Part shown: piece after piece, positions 54,851-64,000 of the stretch
Layout: every line of letters starts with the position of its first letter
Position numbering within the stretch: position 1 is the first letter of the stretch
Assembly (NCBI GenBank): GCA_964490215.1
Contig: CAZBAM010000001.1
Coordinates: 130,962 to 194,961, forward strand
Length of the DNA stretch: 64,000 nt
Direction: 5' to 3'
Source of the DNA: Candidatus Micrarchaeota archaeon
GTDB taxonomy: Archaea > Micrarchaeota > Micrarchaeia > Anstonellales > Bilamarchaeaceae
Made by a program: the position numbers and the translations under genes
Notes under the pieces: model-generated
What the model saw: only the letters and a program-made list of their open reading frames with translations
What the model was told of the DNA's origin: nothing
Databases searched by the model: none

Positions 54851-55834
54851 ATGGAGATAGTCGCGTTCAAGAGCGGCAGGATGAAGGTCGTGAGGATTCT
54901 TGACCAGACGAGGATACCCCACGGGAAGGCATACGTCACCTGTAGGACGGTGGGGGAAGTGGCGAAGGCCATAAGGGAGATGCGGGTGCGTGGGGCTCCT
55001 GCAATCGGGGTCGCTGCAGCCTACGGGATGGCGCTTTCTGACGGGCCGGAAAAGGCCGCGGAAACGCTGAAGAAGGCGCGGCCCACTGCCGCGGACCTGT
55101 CCAACGCCGTGGATTACGTGCTTGCCGGAATGAAGAAGGGGAAAACAGCACTTGATGCCGCGAACGAATGGCACAAGATGATAAGCGAAAAGACCGCTGC
55201 CATAAGCAGATACGGCGCCTCGCTCATCCCGGACGGCGCGCGGGTGCTCCTGCACTGCAACGCAGGGCCGCTTGCGACAGCAGGCTACGGGACGTCGCTC
55301 GGCGCGGTGCTTGAGGCCGCCAGGACGAAGAAGGTAAGCGCCTGGGTGGACGAGACGCGGCCGCGCTTCCAGGGCGCGCTCACCAGCTGGGAACTGCTGG
55401 AGGCCGGCGTAGGGCACCGCGTGATAGTGGATTCCGCGGCAGGCTCGCTCATGCGGCAGGGCCTCGTGGACATGGTGATGGTCGGCGCGGACAGGATAGC
55501 GCGAAACGGCGATTTCGCGAACAAGATAGGCACCTATCCGCTCGCCGTGGTGGCAAGGGAGAACTCTGTGCCGTTCTATGTGCTTGCGCCGCTTTCCACT
55601 TTTGATTTCTCGCTTCCGGACGGGAGCGGCATAGTGGTGGAGGAACGGGACGAGGCAGAGATTCTCGGGGTGTCGGGAGGGCGCGTCTACGGGAAGGGAA
55701 CGCGGGCACTCAACCCGGCGTTTGACGTCACCCCTGCGGGATACGTAAGCGCCTATGTGACCGAAAAGGGCATCCACAAGGCGTCGGAGCTGGCGAACCT
55801 ATGGAAAAATACAACGGCGTCAAGTTCAAGGTGA
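54851..55834 (+). CDS. eIF-2B alpha/beta/delta family isomerase (MtnA-like S-methyl-5-thioribose-1-phosphate or ribose-1,5-bisphosphate isomerase)
   Basis: VRILDQTRIPHGKAY...GAPAIGVAAAYG family blocks. Confidence 0.7.
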   Translation: MEIVAFKSGRMKVVRILDQTRIPHGKAYVTCRTVGEVAKAIREMRVRGAPAIGVAAAYGMALSDGPEKAAETLKKARPTAADLSNAVDYVLAGMKKGKTALDAANEWHKMISEKTAAISRYGASLIPDGARVLLHCNAGPLATAGYGTSLGAVLEAARTKKVSAWVDETRPRFQGALTSWELLEAGVGHRVIVDSAAGSLMRQGLVDMVMVGADRIARNGDFANKIGTYPLAVVARENSVPFYVLAPLSTFDFSLPDGSGIVVEERDEAEILGVSGGRVYGKGTRALNPAFDVTPAGYVSAYVTEKGIHKASELANLWKNTTASSSR

Positions 55835-56349
55835 AAACGCTTCCGGGGAACGTGCAGGGCGCGGGCGGACTGCTTGAGGCGGACTCGCTGGTGGCGCGGT
55901 TCGTCAGTACTGAAGGCGGCGAGGGGAACCTGAGCGTGAGGAAAGGCAGCGGGTTCCTGATAAAGCGGGCCGGCGCGCGGATGACGAAGCTCACGGAGGC
56001 GGACGTCGTTTTCGTGCAGAAGGTTGAACGCGGCATTGTGCACGCAACCGGCGGCACGCCGTCATCCGAGTCAATGATGCACTGGGCGATATACAAGAAC
56101 AGGAAGGATGCCAACGTAATACTGCATTTCCACGACGACAAAAGGCTGGGCGGGGAGCCATGGGCCGGGATGCCGGGCATGGAGCGCCGGTGGGCCGAAA
56201 TCGGGCCGTTCCACTACGGAACTGCCGAGCTCGCCACGGCCGCTGGCGAGGCGTCCAGGCGCTCAGACCTCATAAAGATAAGGGAGCACGGCTTCGTGGT
56301 CATCGCCAAAGACCTGGAAGGCCTTGCGGCTACGCTTTCCCTGCTTTGA
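55801..56349 (+). CDS. class II aldolase/adducin-family protein (MtnB-like)
   Basis: SESMMHWAIYKNRKDANVILHFHD Zn-ligand block. Confidence 0.65.
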   Translation: MEKYNGVKFKVKTLPGNVQGAGGLLEADSLVARFVSTEGGEGNLSVRKGSGFLIKRAGARMTKLTEADVVFVQKVERGIVHATGGTPSSESMMHWAIYKNRKDANVILHFHDDKRLGGEPWAGMPGMERRWAEIGPFHYGTAELATAAGEASRRSDLIKIREHGFVVIAKDLEGLAATLSLL

Positions 56350-56410
56350 TTCCGTGCTTTGGCTGTTTCTCCGGGCTCGCGGCTTGTATAAGGACCGCGA
56401 AATAGTATCA

Positions 56411-56839
56411 CTAGTATTCAAACGCGCTTATCGGGTATGTTGACGCGATGACGATTTGGAGCATCACCCTCGCGAACCAGAGGCCGCCGAGCAGCCACCA
56501 GAGCATGTCTCCGACGAAGCTGTCAATCCTGAGCAGGAGCGAGCCCTTGGGGTAGCTGCCGGCTGTCATTGAAACGAGGTGGAACAGGACTGCGAAGCCG
56601 AGCAGGAAAACGAAGAGGGCGTCAAGGAGCATGGCCAGGGCGAAGAGCAGGCCCTTGGCCAGGTCAGAGAACGGGTCCTTGCCGAGCATGATGCCGATTG
56701 TCTGCCATTCGTAGAACGCGAAGATGATGAACGCGATTATGCAGACGACAGGCTCGAACAGGCTGCCGCAGGTCCTGACCTTTTCAGTCTTTTCCGGAGG
56801 TTTGGCTGCCCCGGCTTCAGGGGCTTTCTTCCTGGCCAT
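56411..56839 (-). CDS. small membrane protein
   Basis: Three hydrophobic helices. Confidence 0.4.
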   Translation of the reverse strand: MARKKAPEAGAAKPPEKTEKVRTCGSLFEPVVCIIAFIIFAFYEWQTIGIMLGKDPFSDLAKGLLFALAMLLDALFVFLLGFAVLFHLVSMTAGSYPKGSLLLRIDSFVGDMLWWLLGGLWFARVMLQIVIASTYPISAFEY

Positions 56840-56954
56840 GACAATGCCACGGCGGGAATGCTTTTATACGTTCTGGCCGTGGGTTGCGAAAGATTATGAT
56901 GCTCCTGCCGGATGCAGGGAGCTTATCTGATTGCGTACCATGAAAGCCAATTGA

Positions 56955-57002
56955 CCTTCCGCTGATGGGTGGTCTGGTGCAGGAGCTATTTAGGGCTTGC
57001 TG
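56955..57002. repeat. imperfect 48-bp direct repeat (left) bounding a low-GC insertion; followed by the 23-bp perfect palindrome TTGAAATTGCCTGGCAATTTCAA at 57003-57025
   Basis: CCTTCCGCTGATGGGTGGTCTGGTGCAGGAGCTATTTAGGGCTTGCTG versus the copy at 58587..58634 (~37/48 identical). Confidence 0.5.
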
Positions 57003-57228
57003 AAATTGCCTGGCAATTTCAACAATCAAGAACGGACCGCCGTTCTTGATTTGGCCTGAGGCTGGTTAGACGATTGACTAAGTTTTACCTCAGAAAAACG
57101 GTACTCCTGAACGCGTCAAAATTCAGGGCGCGTAGCCAAAATAGCATTTCGTCTTAGAATAATCTAAAATGACTATCATTTCGTATGAAAAATCATCAAA
57201 ATGATAGGTTTATATAGTTTATGAGATA

Positions 57229-58569
57229 ATGAAGTTCATGACTAATGCGAAACATATACGTAGTAGTAAGAGAGGTGGTGGTAAGCTTCCACCTCCGGAT
57301 GTTGACCCACGACGTATTGTTTATGCTGGATTACCGCCATCGGCCCGGTTGGGGGTTTTAGTTCGCACTGACGTACCAAACGAAGAACAGCTGGAGATGA
57401 GTGACCAGGCCAAACGAGAAGGAGGCACTTATCCCAAGAAGCGTTTTGTATACGAAGAGATTAAACGGCATTCAGGAGAACGCATCTTCATTGCACTAGT
57501 TGGCCCCAGAGGAGTGGGAAAAAGCACGCTCCTGAAGCAGGTTCATCATCAGGCCGAAGCCTCATTTTATATATCGCTTGATTCTGGAGGAGTAACAAAC
57601 CTTTTCGAATTGTCAAAAGAGCTTATGAACCGGGGCATCCGCCTGCTTCTCGTAGACGAGATCCACGCGTATCCAAACTATGGCAACGAAATCAAAAAGA
57701 TCTACGACTTCCTGCCCAGATTGCAGGTAATATTTACGAGTTCATCGGCAATCTCTCTCCACAGCACCAGTTATGATCTTTCACGCCGCGTAAGACTAAT
57801 AACTGTCCCTTCACTGTCTTTTCGGGAGTTTATCTTTTTTACAAGAGATACAAAAGTCCAGCCAATACCCTTCTCGGGCCTCACGAATACTGAACGCTGC
57901 AGAACGTATTACGGGCAGGTCATGCAGTTTGAATCCATGTTCGAGGATTACCTTAGGGGTGGCAATTACTTATTCACTCTAGGTCAGCAGGATACCCTTT
58001 CCCAATTTCAAAATATGCTGGGTGCTGTGATTGAGCGCGACTTGGTTCGGGTTTCCAGCATCACCCTGGCCGAATCTTTTGAAGTGCGCCAAATGCTCCT
58101 CTTTATTGGCCGCTCAGAAAGCGAAGGCATCAGCTATTCCAGCATCTCCAAAAACGGCCAGATTGCCAAGACAAAGATTCAGAAATATGTGGATCTGCTG
58201 GAAAAGGCGTTTGTGCTCAGGCGCGTACTTCCGAAGGGCACCAATATCACCAAAGAACCCAAAATCCTATTCGCCCCGCCGTATAGATTACTTTTCAGGT
58301 CATACAGTGACGCGATAGGGGCGTTGCGTGAGGATTTTTTCGTGGATTCCATCTCACGCCTTGGCATCCAACTGGATTATCTCAAAGGGACGCGTGGGGA
58401 GAAAACACCGGATTATCAGGTGGGCAAGCTTGTCTGTGAAATCGGGGGGCGCAACAAGGGGCGGACCCAGTTCAAAGGTTTTACGGCCAAGCATAAGATT
58501 ATCTTCACTCAGCCAGGCATGCTGGATGAGATGCGCCGGCCATTATTTTTCGTTGGCATGCTTGAGTAA
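57229..58569 (+). CDS. COG1373-type AAA+ ATPase with C-terminal DUF4143-like domain, in a ~45% GC island
   Basis: P-loop LVGPRGVGKSTLL, Walker B LLLVDEIH; family-typical length; the N-terminal ~60 aa may be a spurious extension. Confidence 0.7.
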   Translation: MKFMTNAKHIRSSKRGGGKLPPPDVDPRRIVYAGLPPSARLGVLVRTDVPNEEQLEMSDQAKREGGTYPKKRFVYEEIKRHSGERIFIALVGPRGVGKSTLLKQVHHQAEASFYISLDSGGVTNLFELSKELMNRGIRLLLVDEIHAYPNYGNEIKKIYDFLPRLQVIFTSSSAISLHSTSYDLSRRVRLITVPSLSFREFIFFTRDTKVQPIPFSGLTNTERCRTYYGQVMQFESMFEDYLRGGNYLFTLGQQDTLSQFQNMLGAVIERDLVRVSSITLAESFEVRQMLLFIGRSESEGISYSSISKNGQIAKTKIQKYVDLLEKAFVLRRVLPKGTNITKEPKILFAPPYRLLFRSYSDAIGALREDFFVDSISRLGIQLDYLKGTRGEKTPDYQVGKLVCEIGGRNKGRTQFKGFTAKHKIIFTQPGMLDEMRRPLFFVGMLE

Positions 58570-58586
58570 GAAAAATCCCCGGCTGG

Positions 58587-58634
58587 CCTTCCGCTGAAGG
58601 CGCTTCTGAGGCAGGAGCTATTTAAAGCTTGACT
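58587..58634. repeat. imperfect 48-bp direct repeat (right) bounding the low-GC insertion
   Basis: CCTTCCGCTGAAGGCGCTTCTGAGGCAGGAGCTATTTAAAGCTTGACT. Confidence 0.5.
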
Positions 58635-58841
58635 TTGGAAAACGAGATTATGGCACTTACATTCTCCTTGCAAATCCCCTTTTCATTCCTGAGCTTATCT
58701 ATGGCCTGCTCAAGCCTACGCGGATAGTCGTATAGATCCACTTTCGCCATGTTTTCAACTCAGTGGAAGGGCTATTTTAGGCTCTCTGCCAATATTGACA
58801 CCGTAGTATCAATAAGTGGGAACACTCAGATAAAAGCAATA

Positions 58842-58884
58842 TGCTCCTGCCGCGATTTGAACGCGGGTCCTCAGAGTTCTCCGG
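58842..58884 (-). other. tRNA 3'-half fragment (T-arm CCGCG/TTCAAAT/CGCGG + acceptor CAGGAGC + discriminator A), possible att-site remnant
   Basis: Minus-strand read ...CTCTGAGGACCCGCGTTCAAATCGCGGCAGGAGCA. No matching 5' acceptor strand upstream, so not a complete tRNA. Confidence 0.5.
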
Positions 58885-59126
58885 ACTTTTTGGCCGGTTT
58901 TTGATGAAACCCTTCCCAAAAAGTTTCTGAGAGTCTGATATCCTTGACCGGGATATCCAGCCCGTTGGCTCGTTTCACCTCATGGTTTTGGGGTGAAGCC
59001 CTCTTGCCATGAGTTTGGCGCAAGCCAAAAGGGCTCCTAGACGACAGGAGCAGCGGTCTTATCTTGCTGGCGAGGATTTTTAAAAGTAGATAGGACGCCG
59101 GCGCCGGAACTCAAAAAGCAGGGAGA

Positions 59127-59942
59127 TTATTTCCGGCGGGACTTTTTCTTTCGTGCCGCCGCTTTCCTGGCGGGCTTCTTCGCTGCGCGGACGGGGCTGC
59201 TGCGGACCGGTGCGCGGGATTTCCTTGCCGCCAGGGACTTTTTCCCTGCCGGCCTGGCCCTTTTCCTTGCAGCCGGGCGCTTCGCTGACTTGGCTTTCAC
59301 TGCCGGGCGCTTTTTGGCGTACATCGGCAGCCCGTAGCTTTCCATTGCAGGATACCTCTCGTGGCCGTGCCTGCTCAGCCTTTCTGCAAGCGAACGGACA
59401 AGCGCATGGCCGTGGCCGTCGCTCATGAGAACGTGCTCAAAATCCTCGCGCGTCAGGCGTGGCGCTTCAGGCTCAGCCGGTCCAGCCCGGCCAGCCCGCC
59501 TCGCCTCCCTGGGCGGCTGCGGCAGCGCGAGAGCGCCGCGATTTACGTGGAATAGGGCATCCCGCTGCTCCATCATGCGGGCGATGTCCGGCGTGACCGG
59601 AAGCTGCTTCGCGTCCTTTTTCCCAAACCGGGCGGCCGAAGCATTCGGCTGCGGCACCAGGCGGCTGATAAAGCCCGCGGCCATGGAAAAGGAGCCGTGG
59701 GCGATGTGGAGGAGCTCGTTCCGCTGGGGCCCGGGCATCTGCTGGGCGAGCCGGGCGATTTCCGGCAGGATGGCAGCAGATTCTGGCCTGGTGCCGTGGG
59801 TTTCCATGAAGGAGACGGCAGCGGCCCTGGCAGCGTCCGGCCCCTTGCCAAGTGACCAGCGCTTCAGCTCCGTCCATGCAGCGAAAGGCTCGGTGGAGCG
59901 GGCGGCGACCGAGCGCGCCTCTTTCAGCCGGTCGGGATTCAT
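59127..59942 (-). CDS. hypothetical protein with Lys/Arg/Ala/Pro-rich histone-H1-like C-terminal tail
   Basis: 271 aa; last ~60 aa are AKKRPAVKAKSAKRPAARKRARPAGKKSLAARK...; ~68% GC. Confidence 0.5.
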   Translation of the reverse strand: MNPDRLKEARSVAARSTEPFAAWTELKRWSLGKGPDAARAAAVSFMETHGTRPESAAILPEIARLAQQMPGPQRNELLHIAHGSFSMAAGFISRLVPQPNASAARFGKKDAKQLPVTPDIARMMEQRDALFHVNRGALALPQPPREARRAGRAGPAEPEAPRLTREDFEHVLMSDGHGHALVRSLAERLSRHGHERYPAMESYGLPMYAKKRPAVKAKSAKRPAARKRARPAGKKSLAARKSRAPVRSSPVRAAKKPARKAAARKKKSRRK

Positions 59943-60014
59943 GAATCCATTGCTCAGCTAACCTTAATTTACCTATCTGTTATCTTATCCCTGGAGACTT
60001 TTCTTGGTGAATGC

Positions 60015-61487
60015 ATGGATTTCAGGAAGGACATTGCAAGGCCGCAGTTCAGGAAGATAAGCGATTACATATGGGAGATAGACCCGTCCTACAAGCAGGG
60101 CATGAGGGTGCCTGCGCGCATATACGCGAGCGAGGGCCTTCTCAAAGGCATGGACGTGCAGGTGTTTGACCAGATAACCAACGTCGCCACGCTGCCCGGC
60201 ATAGTCAATTACGCCTACTGCATGCCTGACGGCCATTCCGGATACGGTTTCCCAATCGGCGGAGTCGCTGCCATGGACATGAACGACAACGGCGTCATAT
60301 CTCCGGGCGGAATCGGTTTTGACATCAACTGCGGCATGCGGCTGGTGCGGACCAACCTCACCTACAGGGACGTGAAACCGAAACTGCACCAGCTGGTGGA
60401 CGCGCTCTTCAAGGCAGTGCCGGCAGGCGTCGGGAGCCGCGGCTTCGTGCGCCTGGACGCGAACACGTTCAGGAAGGTCGTGGAGGAGGGGTCCGAGTGG
60501 TGCGTGAAGAACGGCTACGGATGGGACGAGGACATGAAGGCGACCGAACTCGGCGGGCGCGAGAAGGACGCGGACAACCGCACCGTCAGCAACAAGGCAG
60601 TGGAAAGGGGCAAGGACCAGATAGGCACGCTCGGAAGCGGCAACCACTACCTTGAGATACAGCACGTGAAGGAGGAGAACATCATTGACAAGGCGCTCGC
60701 GAAGAAATGGGGCATCTTCCCGGACCAGATGGTGGTCATGTTCCACTGCGGCTCGCGCGGGTTCGGCCACCAGGTGGCGACCGACTACCTCAACCTTTTC
60801 CTTGACGTCATGGAAACCAAATACAGGATAAAGATTCTTGATAGAGAGCTTGCATCTGCGCCGTTCAACTCGCCTGAGGGCCAGAACTACTTCTCAGGCA
60901 TGAAGTGCGCCATGAACATGTCGTTCGCGAACAGGCAGACCATACTGCACCGGGTGCGCGAAACGTTCTCGTCCGTGTTCGGCATGGACGCGGAGAAGCT
61001 AGGCATGCACCAGGTTTACGACGTCGCGCACAACCGCGCGTCCGTGGAGAAGCACAGGGTGGACGGCGGCATGAAGGAACTCGTCGTCCACAGGAAGGGC
61101 GCGACCGCTGCTTTCGGGCCAGGCTCTGAATACGTCACCCCGAAATACAAGGAGGACGGCCAGCCGATAATAATCGGCGGGAGCATGGAGACCGGCTCCT
61201 ACCTGCTGGTAGGCGAGGAAAGGGGCGCGCAGACGTGGTTCACCACAGCGCACGGCTCAGGTCGGACCATGAGCAGGACAAGGGCGAAGCAGCTCTATCG
61301 CGGCGACCAGCTCCAGAAGGACATGGAAAGCAGGGGGATATACGTGAAGACCACGTCGTTCGCAGGCCTCGCCGAGGAGGCAGGGGGCGCGTACAAGGAC
61401 ATAGACGAGGTCATAGAGACCGCGCACAACGCAGGAATTTCCAGGAAGGTCGTCAAGCTCGTGCCGATAGGGAACGTGAAGGGCTGA
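60015..61487 (+). CDS. rtcB: RtcB RNA 3'-phosphate ligase (tRNA-splicing ligase)
   Basis: MPDGHSGYGFPIGG, GSGNHYLEIQ, HCGSRGFGHQ, AHGSGR blocks. Confidence 0.9.
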   Translation: MDFRKDIARPQFRKISDYIWEIDPSYKQGMRVPARIYASEGLLKGMDVQVFDQITNVATLPGIVNYAYCMPDGHSGYGFPIGGVAAMDMNDNGVISPGGIGFDINCGMRLVRTNLTYRDVKPKLHQLVDALFKAVPAGVGSRGFVRLDANTFRKVVEEGSEWCVKNGYGWDEDMKATELGGREKDADNRTVSNKAVERGKDQIGTLGSGNHYLEIQHVKEENIIDKALAKKWGIFPDQMVVMFHCGSRGFGHQVATDYLNLFLDVMETKYRIKILDRELASAPFNSPEGQNYFSGMKCAMNMSFANRQTILHRVRETFSSVFGMDAEKLGMHQVYDVAHNRASVEKHRVDGGMKELVVHRKGATAAFGPGSEYVTPKYKEDGQPIIIGGSMETGSYLLVGEERGAQTWFTTAHGSGRTMSRTRAKQLYRGDQLQKDMESRGIYVKTTSFAGLAEEAGGAYKDIDEVIETAHNAGISRKVVKLVPIGNVKG

Positions 61488-61845
61488 TGGAGATGTTACA
61501 TATATTTAAAAACAATTCGTCCAGCAATATCATAATCAACAACATAAAGGAGGTGTAGCACAATGGACAGGAAAATCGTGAATCGGGAACTGCTGCTGAA
61601 AGGCGTATCTGTACTTTGGCGCTGCGCCTACCCCACATTCTAATTCCCGGAAAAAGACGGATTTTGAGGTGTTTTACCCTCAGGAAGAGCCATTGGCAAA
61701 GCCGCCACCAGCACGGCCTTCAGGATTCTTCCAGGAGCCGGGGGCAGAACTGCACAAGGGCAGCAGCAGGGCAGCCGGATGGTGATGGTGGGGAACCGGC
61801 AGCGGCGCTGAATAGAAGCGCGGTGCGGGATGGGGGTTCTGACTG

Positions 61846-62961
61846 TTAGCGGTGGGCACTGGGGGAGAGGAACATCGCAACTGCGAATACGGCCACGCTC
61901 AGCGCGCAGGCGGCGAAAACAGACTGGAAGCCCCACATCGCTATCATGAAGCCGCTGGCTGACAGCAGGGCGAACTCCCCGACCTTCAGCGGCACGAATA
62001 TGGCGCCTATGTCCGCTGACACGTTCCCACGGCCGTACACCTGTTCGGCGAGGACGTATTCGTTTATCACGTTGGCGCAACCGCTGCCGAAAGCTACCAC
62101 GAGCAGCAGGGGCATGAGGTACGCGCCGAAGAAGGGGATGGCTGCGAGCGCAGGCACCATGAACGCGATGCCGATGACCAGCGTGCGCCTGTCCATGCGC
62201 ATGGAAGCCAGCGACGCCACGGCTATGGCCAGTGAGAACACAGCTAGGAGAATGCCTGCCTGCTGGTATCCCATGCCGACGCCCTTGACCAGGTAGACCG
62301 GCAGCAGGAACCCGGAGACGACGTTCAGGGACAGCAAGACGGCCGCGAGCAACACGGATGCGTTCCAAAAGGAGCCAGGGCGTTTTTTGAAGATGCGCCG
62401 GAGGACCTGCCTGCCGTCAGGAATGCTCAGGGGCACTGTATCCCTTTTGATGAGCAGGAGGCCGAGGAGGACCAGGCAGACGGCGAATAGCAGGGCGAAC
62501 GCGCCCTGGAACGCGAGGTATGCGAGTATGAAGCCGATGGCGAGCCTGGAGATGCCGTCCGCGAACTGCCGGACGAAGGCAAGGTAGGCGAGCGCCTTCG
62601 TCGGGTCGCCTTTTGCAGAATTGAGCGTGTCAGTCCGGACCACGGCCCAGAATGCGGAGTTATGCACGCCGCCGAGTACGCCAGCGAACACGAAGCCCGG
62701 CGACGTTGGGACGAACATGTACGTGAGCACGCTCGCAGCACTGGAAATGGAATAGAGCAGCCCTATGGCCAGGGGGCCGATCTCGTCGGCTATGCTCGCG
62801 AACACGACGCGCAGCACCGCGAACGTCAGCGGGCCGAGCGCCACCAGGAACCCGACCGTCTCTATGGGCACGTTCCGGTCCAGCAGGTAGAGCGGCACCA
62901 GGAAGGACAGGGATGTCACTACGAAGGTATAAAGTGAATTCAGCGCTATCACTCGTTTCAT
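61846..62961 (-). CDS. MFS transporter
   Basis: 12-TM profile. Confidence 0.7.
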   Translation of the reverse strand: MKRVIALNSLYTFVVTSLSFLVPLYLLDRNVPIETVGFLVALGPLTFAVLRVVFASIADEIGPLAIGLLYSISSAASVLTYMFVPTSPGFVFAGVLGGVHNSAFWAVVRTDTLNSAKGDPTKALAYLAFVRQFADGISRLAIGFILAYLAFQGAFALLFAVCLVLLGLLLIKRDTVPLSIPDGRQVLRRIFKKRPGSFWNASVLLAAVLLSLNVVSGFLLPVYLVKGVGMGYQQAGILLAVFSLAIAVASLASMRMDRRTLVIGIAFMVPALAAIPFFGAYLMPLLLVVAFGSGCANVINEYVLAEQVYGRGNVSADIGAIFVPLKVGEFALLSASGFMIAMWGFQSVFAACALSVAVFAVAMFLSPSAHR

Positions 62962-63029
62962 GCCGGTCGCAGGAATGTGGCGCTGCTGGAATAAAAAACT
63001 TGGCTTCGGAATCGGACTGTGGCACGCCC

Positions 63030-63929
63030 ATGAAAACCCCTGTTACAATCATCACCGGCTATCTCGGCGCAGGCAAGACGACGCTGCTCCGCAGGATAAT
63101 AGAGGGCATGAGCGGCACTGCAGGCGCGCCGCGCATGAAACTGGCCATAGTCATGAACGAGTTCGGGAAAATCGCAGTGGACGGCAAGGCCGTGGAAGGC
63201 AGGAACGTGCGGATGGTGGAGCTTCTCGGCGGGTGCGTGTGCTGCTCGCTTTCAGGCGAGTTCGACGCCGCCATAGGCGAGCTGCTGGAAAAGGCGAAAC
63301 CTGAGTGGATAGTGCTGGAAACGACAGGGGTCGCCGAGCCGGCTGCCCTCGCCCATGATATCGCTGAGAATATTCCCGGCGTCCGGCTTGACGCGATTGT
63401 CACTGTGGTTGACGCGGACGCGACGGTGCGCTTCCCGCGCCTGGGCCACACAGGAAGGGAGCAGATAGAGCTGGCAGACATCATAATAGTCAATAAGACG
63501 GACCTGGTGGCGGCCGGGGACATGGCGAACGTCCACGCAACGGTGCGCGAGCTCAACAAGCGCGCGCTCGTCATGGAAGCGTCACAGTGCGGCATAGACA
63601 CGTCCGTCCTGTTCGGCATCGGGCGGAACGAACCGGCCGCGTCGCACAAAACCCACGGAATCGCGTTTGAATATTTCGACTACACTGCAGAAAGGCCGCT
63701 TGACCACGGGAAATTCCTGCAGTTCCTGGAATCGCTTCCAGTGGAGATTTATCGTGGCAAGGGGTTCGTAGTCACTGAAAAGGGCTCTTTTCTCATGAAC
63801 TACGTGGCCGGAAGGAGCGCACTGGAGGAATTCAGCTGCAAACGGACAGAACTGGTCTTCATAGGGAAGCGGATACTCGCGCACAAGGAGAGCGTATGCC
63901 GTGCGCTTGACGGGATGAGAATAATATAA
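63030..63929 (+). CDS. COG0523 (CobW/ZigA-like) metallochaperone GTPase
   Basis: P-loop ITGYLGAGKTTLL, metal-binding GCVCCS, NKTD G4 motif. Confidence 0.8.
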   Translation: MKTPVTIITGYLGAGKTTLLRRIIEGMSGTAGAPRMKLAIVMNEFGKIAVDGKAVEGRNVRMVELLGGCVCCSLSGEFDAAIGELLEKAKPEWIVLETTGVAEPAALAHDIAENIPGVRLDAIVTVVDADATVRFPRLGHTGREQIELADIIIVNKTDLVAAGDMANVHATVRELNKRALVMEASQCGIDTSVLFGIGRNEPAASHKTHGIAFEYFDYTAERPLDHGKFLQFLESLPVEIYRGKGFVVTEKGSFLMNYVAGRSALEEFSCKRTELVFIGKRILAHKESVCRALDGMRII

Positions 63930-64000
63930 AAGAATATAAGGGTTGGCGGCGGGATATAAGCGGATGAACCAAAGCCCCGATGATATGACTAACTTCCCTA

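Noticed and set aside
58842-58884. Complete tRNA gene
   Set aside because: Only the T-arm and 3' acceptor strand are present; no complementary 5' acceptor strand within 80 nt.
1-64000. Bacterial origin of the contig (because of the OMP-like protein and Flp/Tad pilin)
   Set aside because: S8e, short XPF, Cgi121-like, RtcB, tandem Lrp, archaeal FlaI-type ATPase and a tRNA-His with archaeal features are spread across the window.

Overview
High-GC (~62%) window, almost certainly archaeal. Archaeal markers: ribosomal protein S8e, short XPF (ERCC4 nuclease + HhH2), Cgi121-like KEOPS subunit, RtcB, archaeal-type iPGM, a tandem Lrp regulator, and a tRNA-His with a genomically encoded G-1. The overall content is compatible with a Thermoplasmatota-like lineage, but that is inference only.

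Core genes:
- metG
- GGPP synthase
- carboxynorspermidine dehydrogenase and decarboxylase
- leucyl aminopeptidase
- mtnA/mtnB-like pair
- SufS-like cysteine desulfurase
- RtcB
- COG0523 GTPase
- MFS and APC transporters

Accessory content:
1. An Epd/Tad-like type IV pilus locus: FlaI/PilB-type ATPase, split TadB/TadC platform genes, and a Flp-type pilin with the G/xxxxEY motif. It carries unusual neighbours: a 4x winged-helix acidic protein, a wHTH-coiled-coil protein and an acidic protein.
2. A two-subunit [NiFe]-hydrogenase (single-cluster small subunit plus a large subunit with a short 7-aa C-terminal extension). It sits with a HycI-like protease and an N-terminally extended HypC-like protein.
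3. A ~4.3 kb low-GC island inserted between hydA and hycI. It carries hicB, a frameshifted hicA, a tandem Lrp regulator, a small basic protein, a B12-binding radical SAM enzyme with a non-canonical Cys motif, and a class I methyltransferase.
4. A low-GC island with vapBC flanked by ~55-bp direct repeats, followed by a caspase-like (clan CD) protease with an Ig-like C-terminal domain.
5. A seven-repeat Cys-rich lipoprotein next to a membrane DsbA-like oxidoreductase.
6. A bacterial-OMP-like beta-barrel protein ending in Phe.
7. A LonB-like AAA+ ATPase that lacks the protease domain and carries a zinc ribbon.
8. A small low-GC island with a COG1373 ATPase flanked by 48-bp direct repeats, next to a tRNA 3' fragment.

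Several families of structured intergenic repeats with compensatory base changes are present: two REP-like ~140-155-nt elements that exactly fill stop-to-start gaps, and a ~100-nt inverted-repeat pair with UNCG-type hairpins flanking one gene.

Many long antisense ORFs in the six-frame track are artefacts of the high GC and were not called. Repeat coordinates were indexed by hand and may be off by 1-2 nt.
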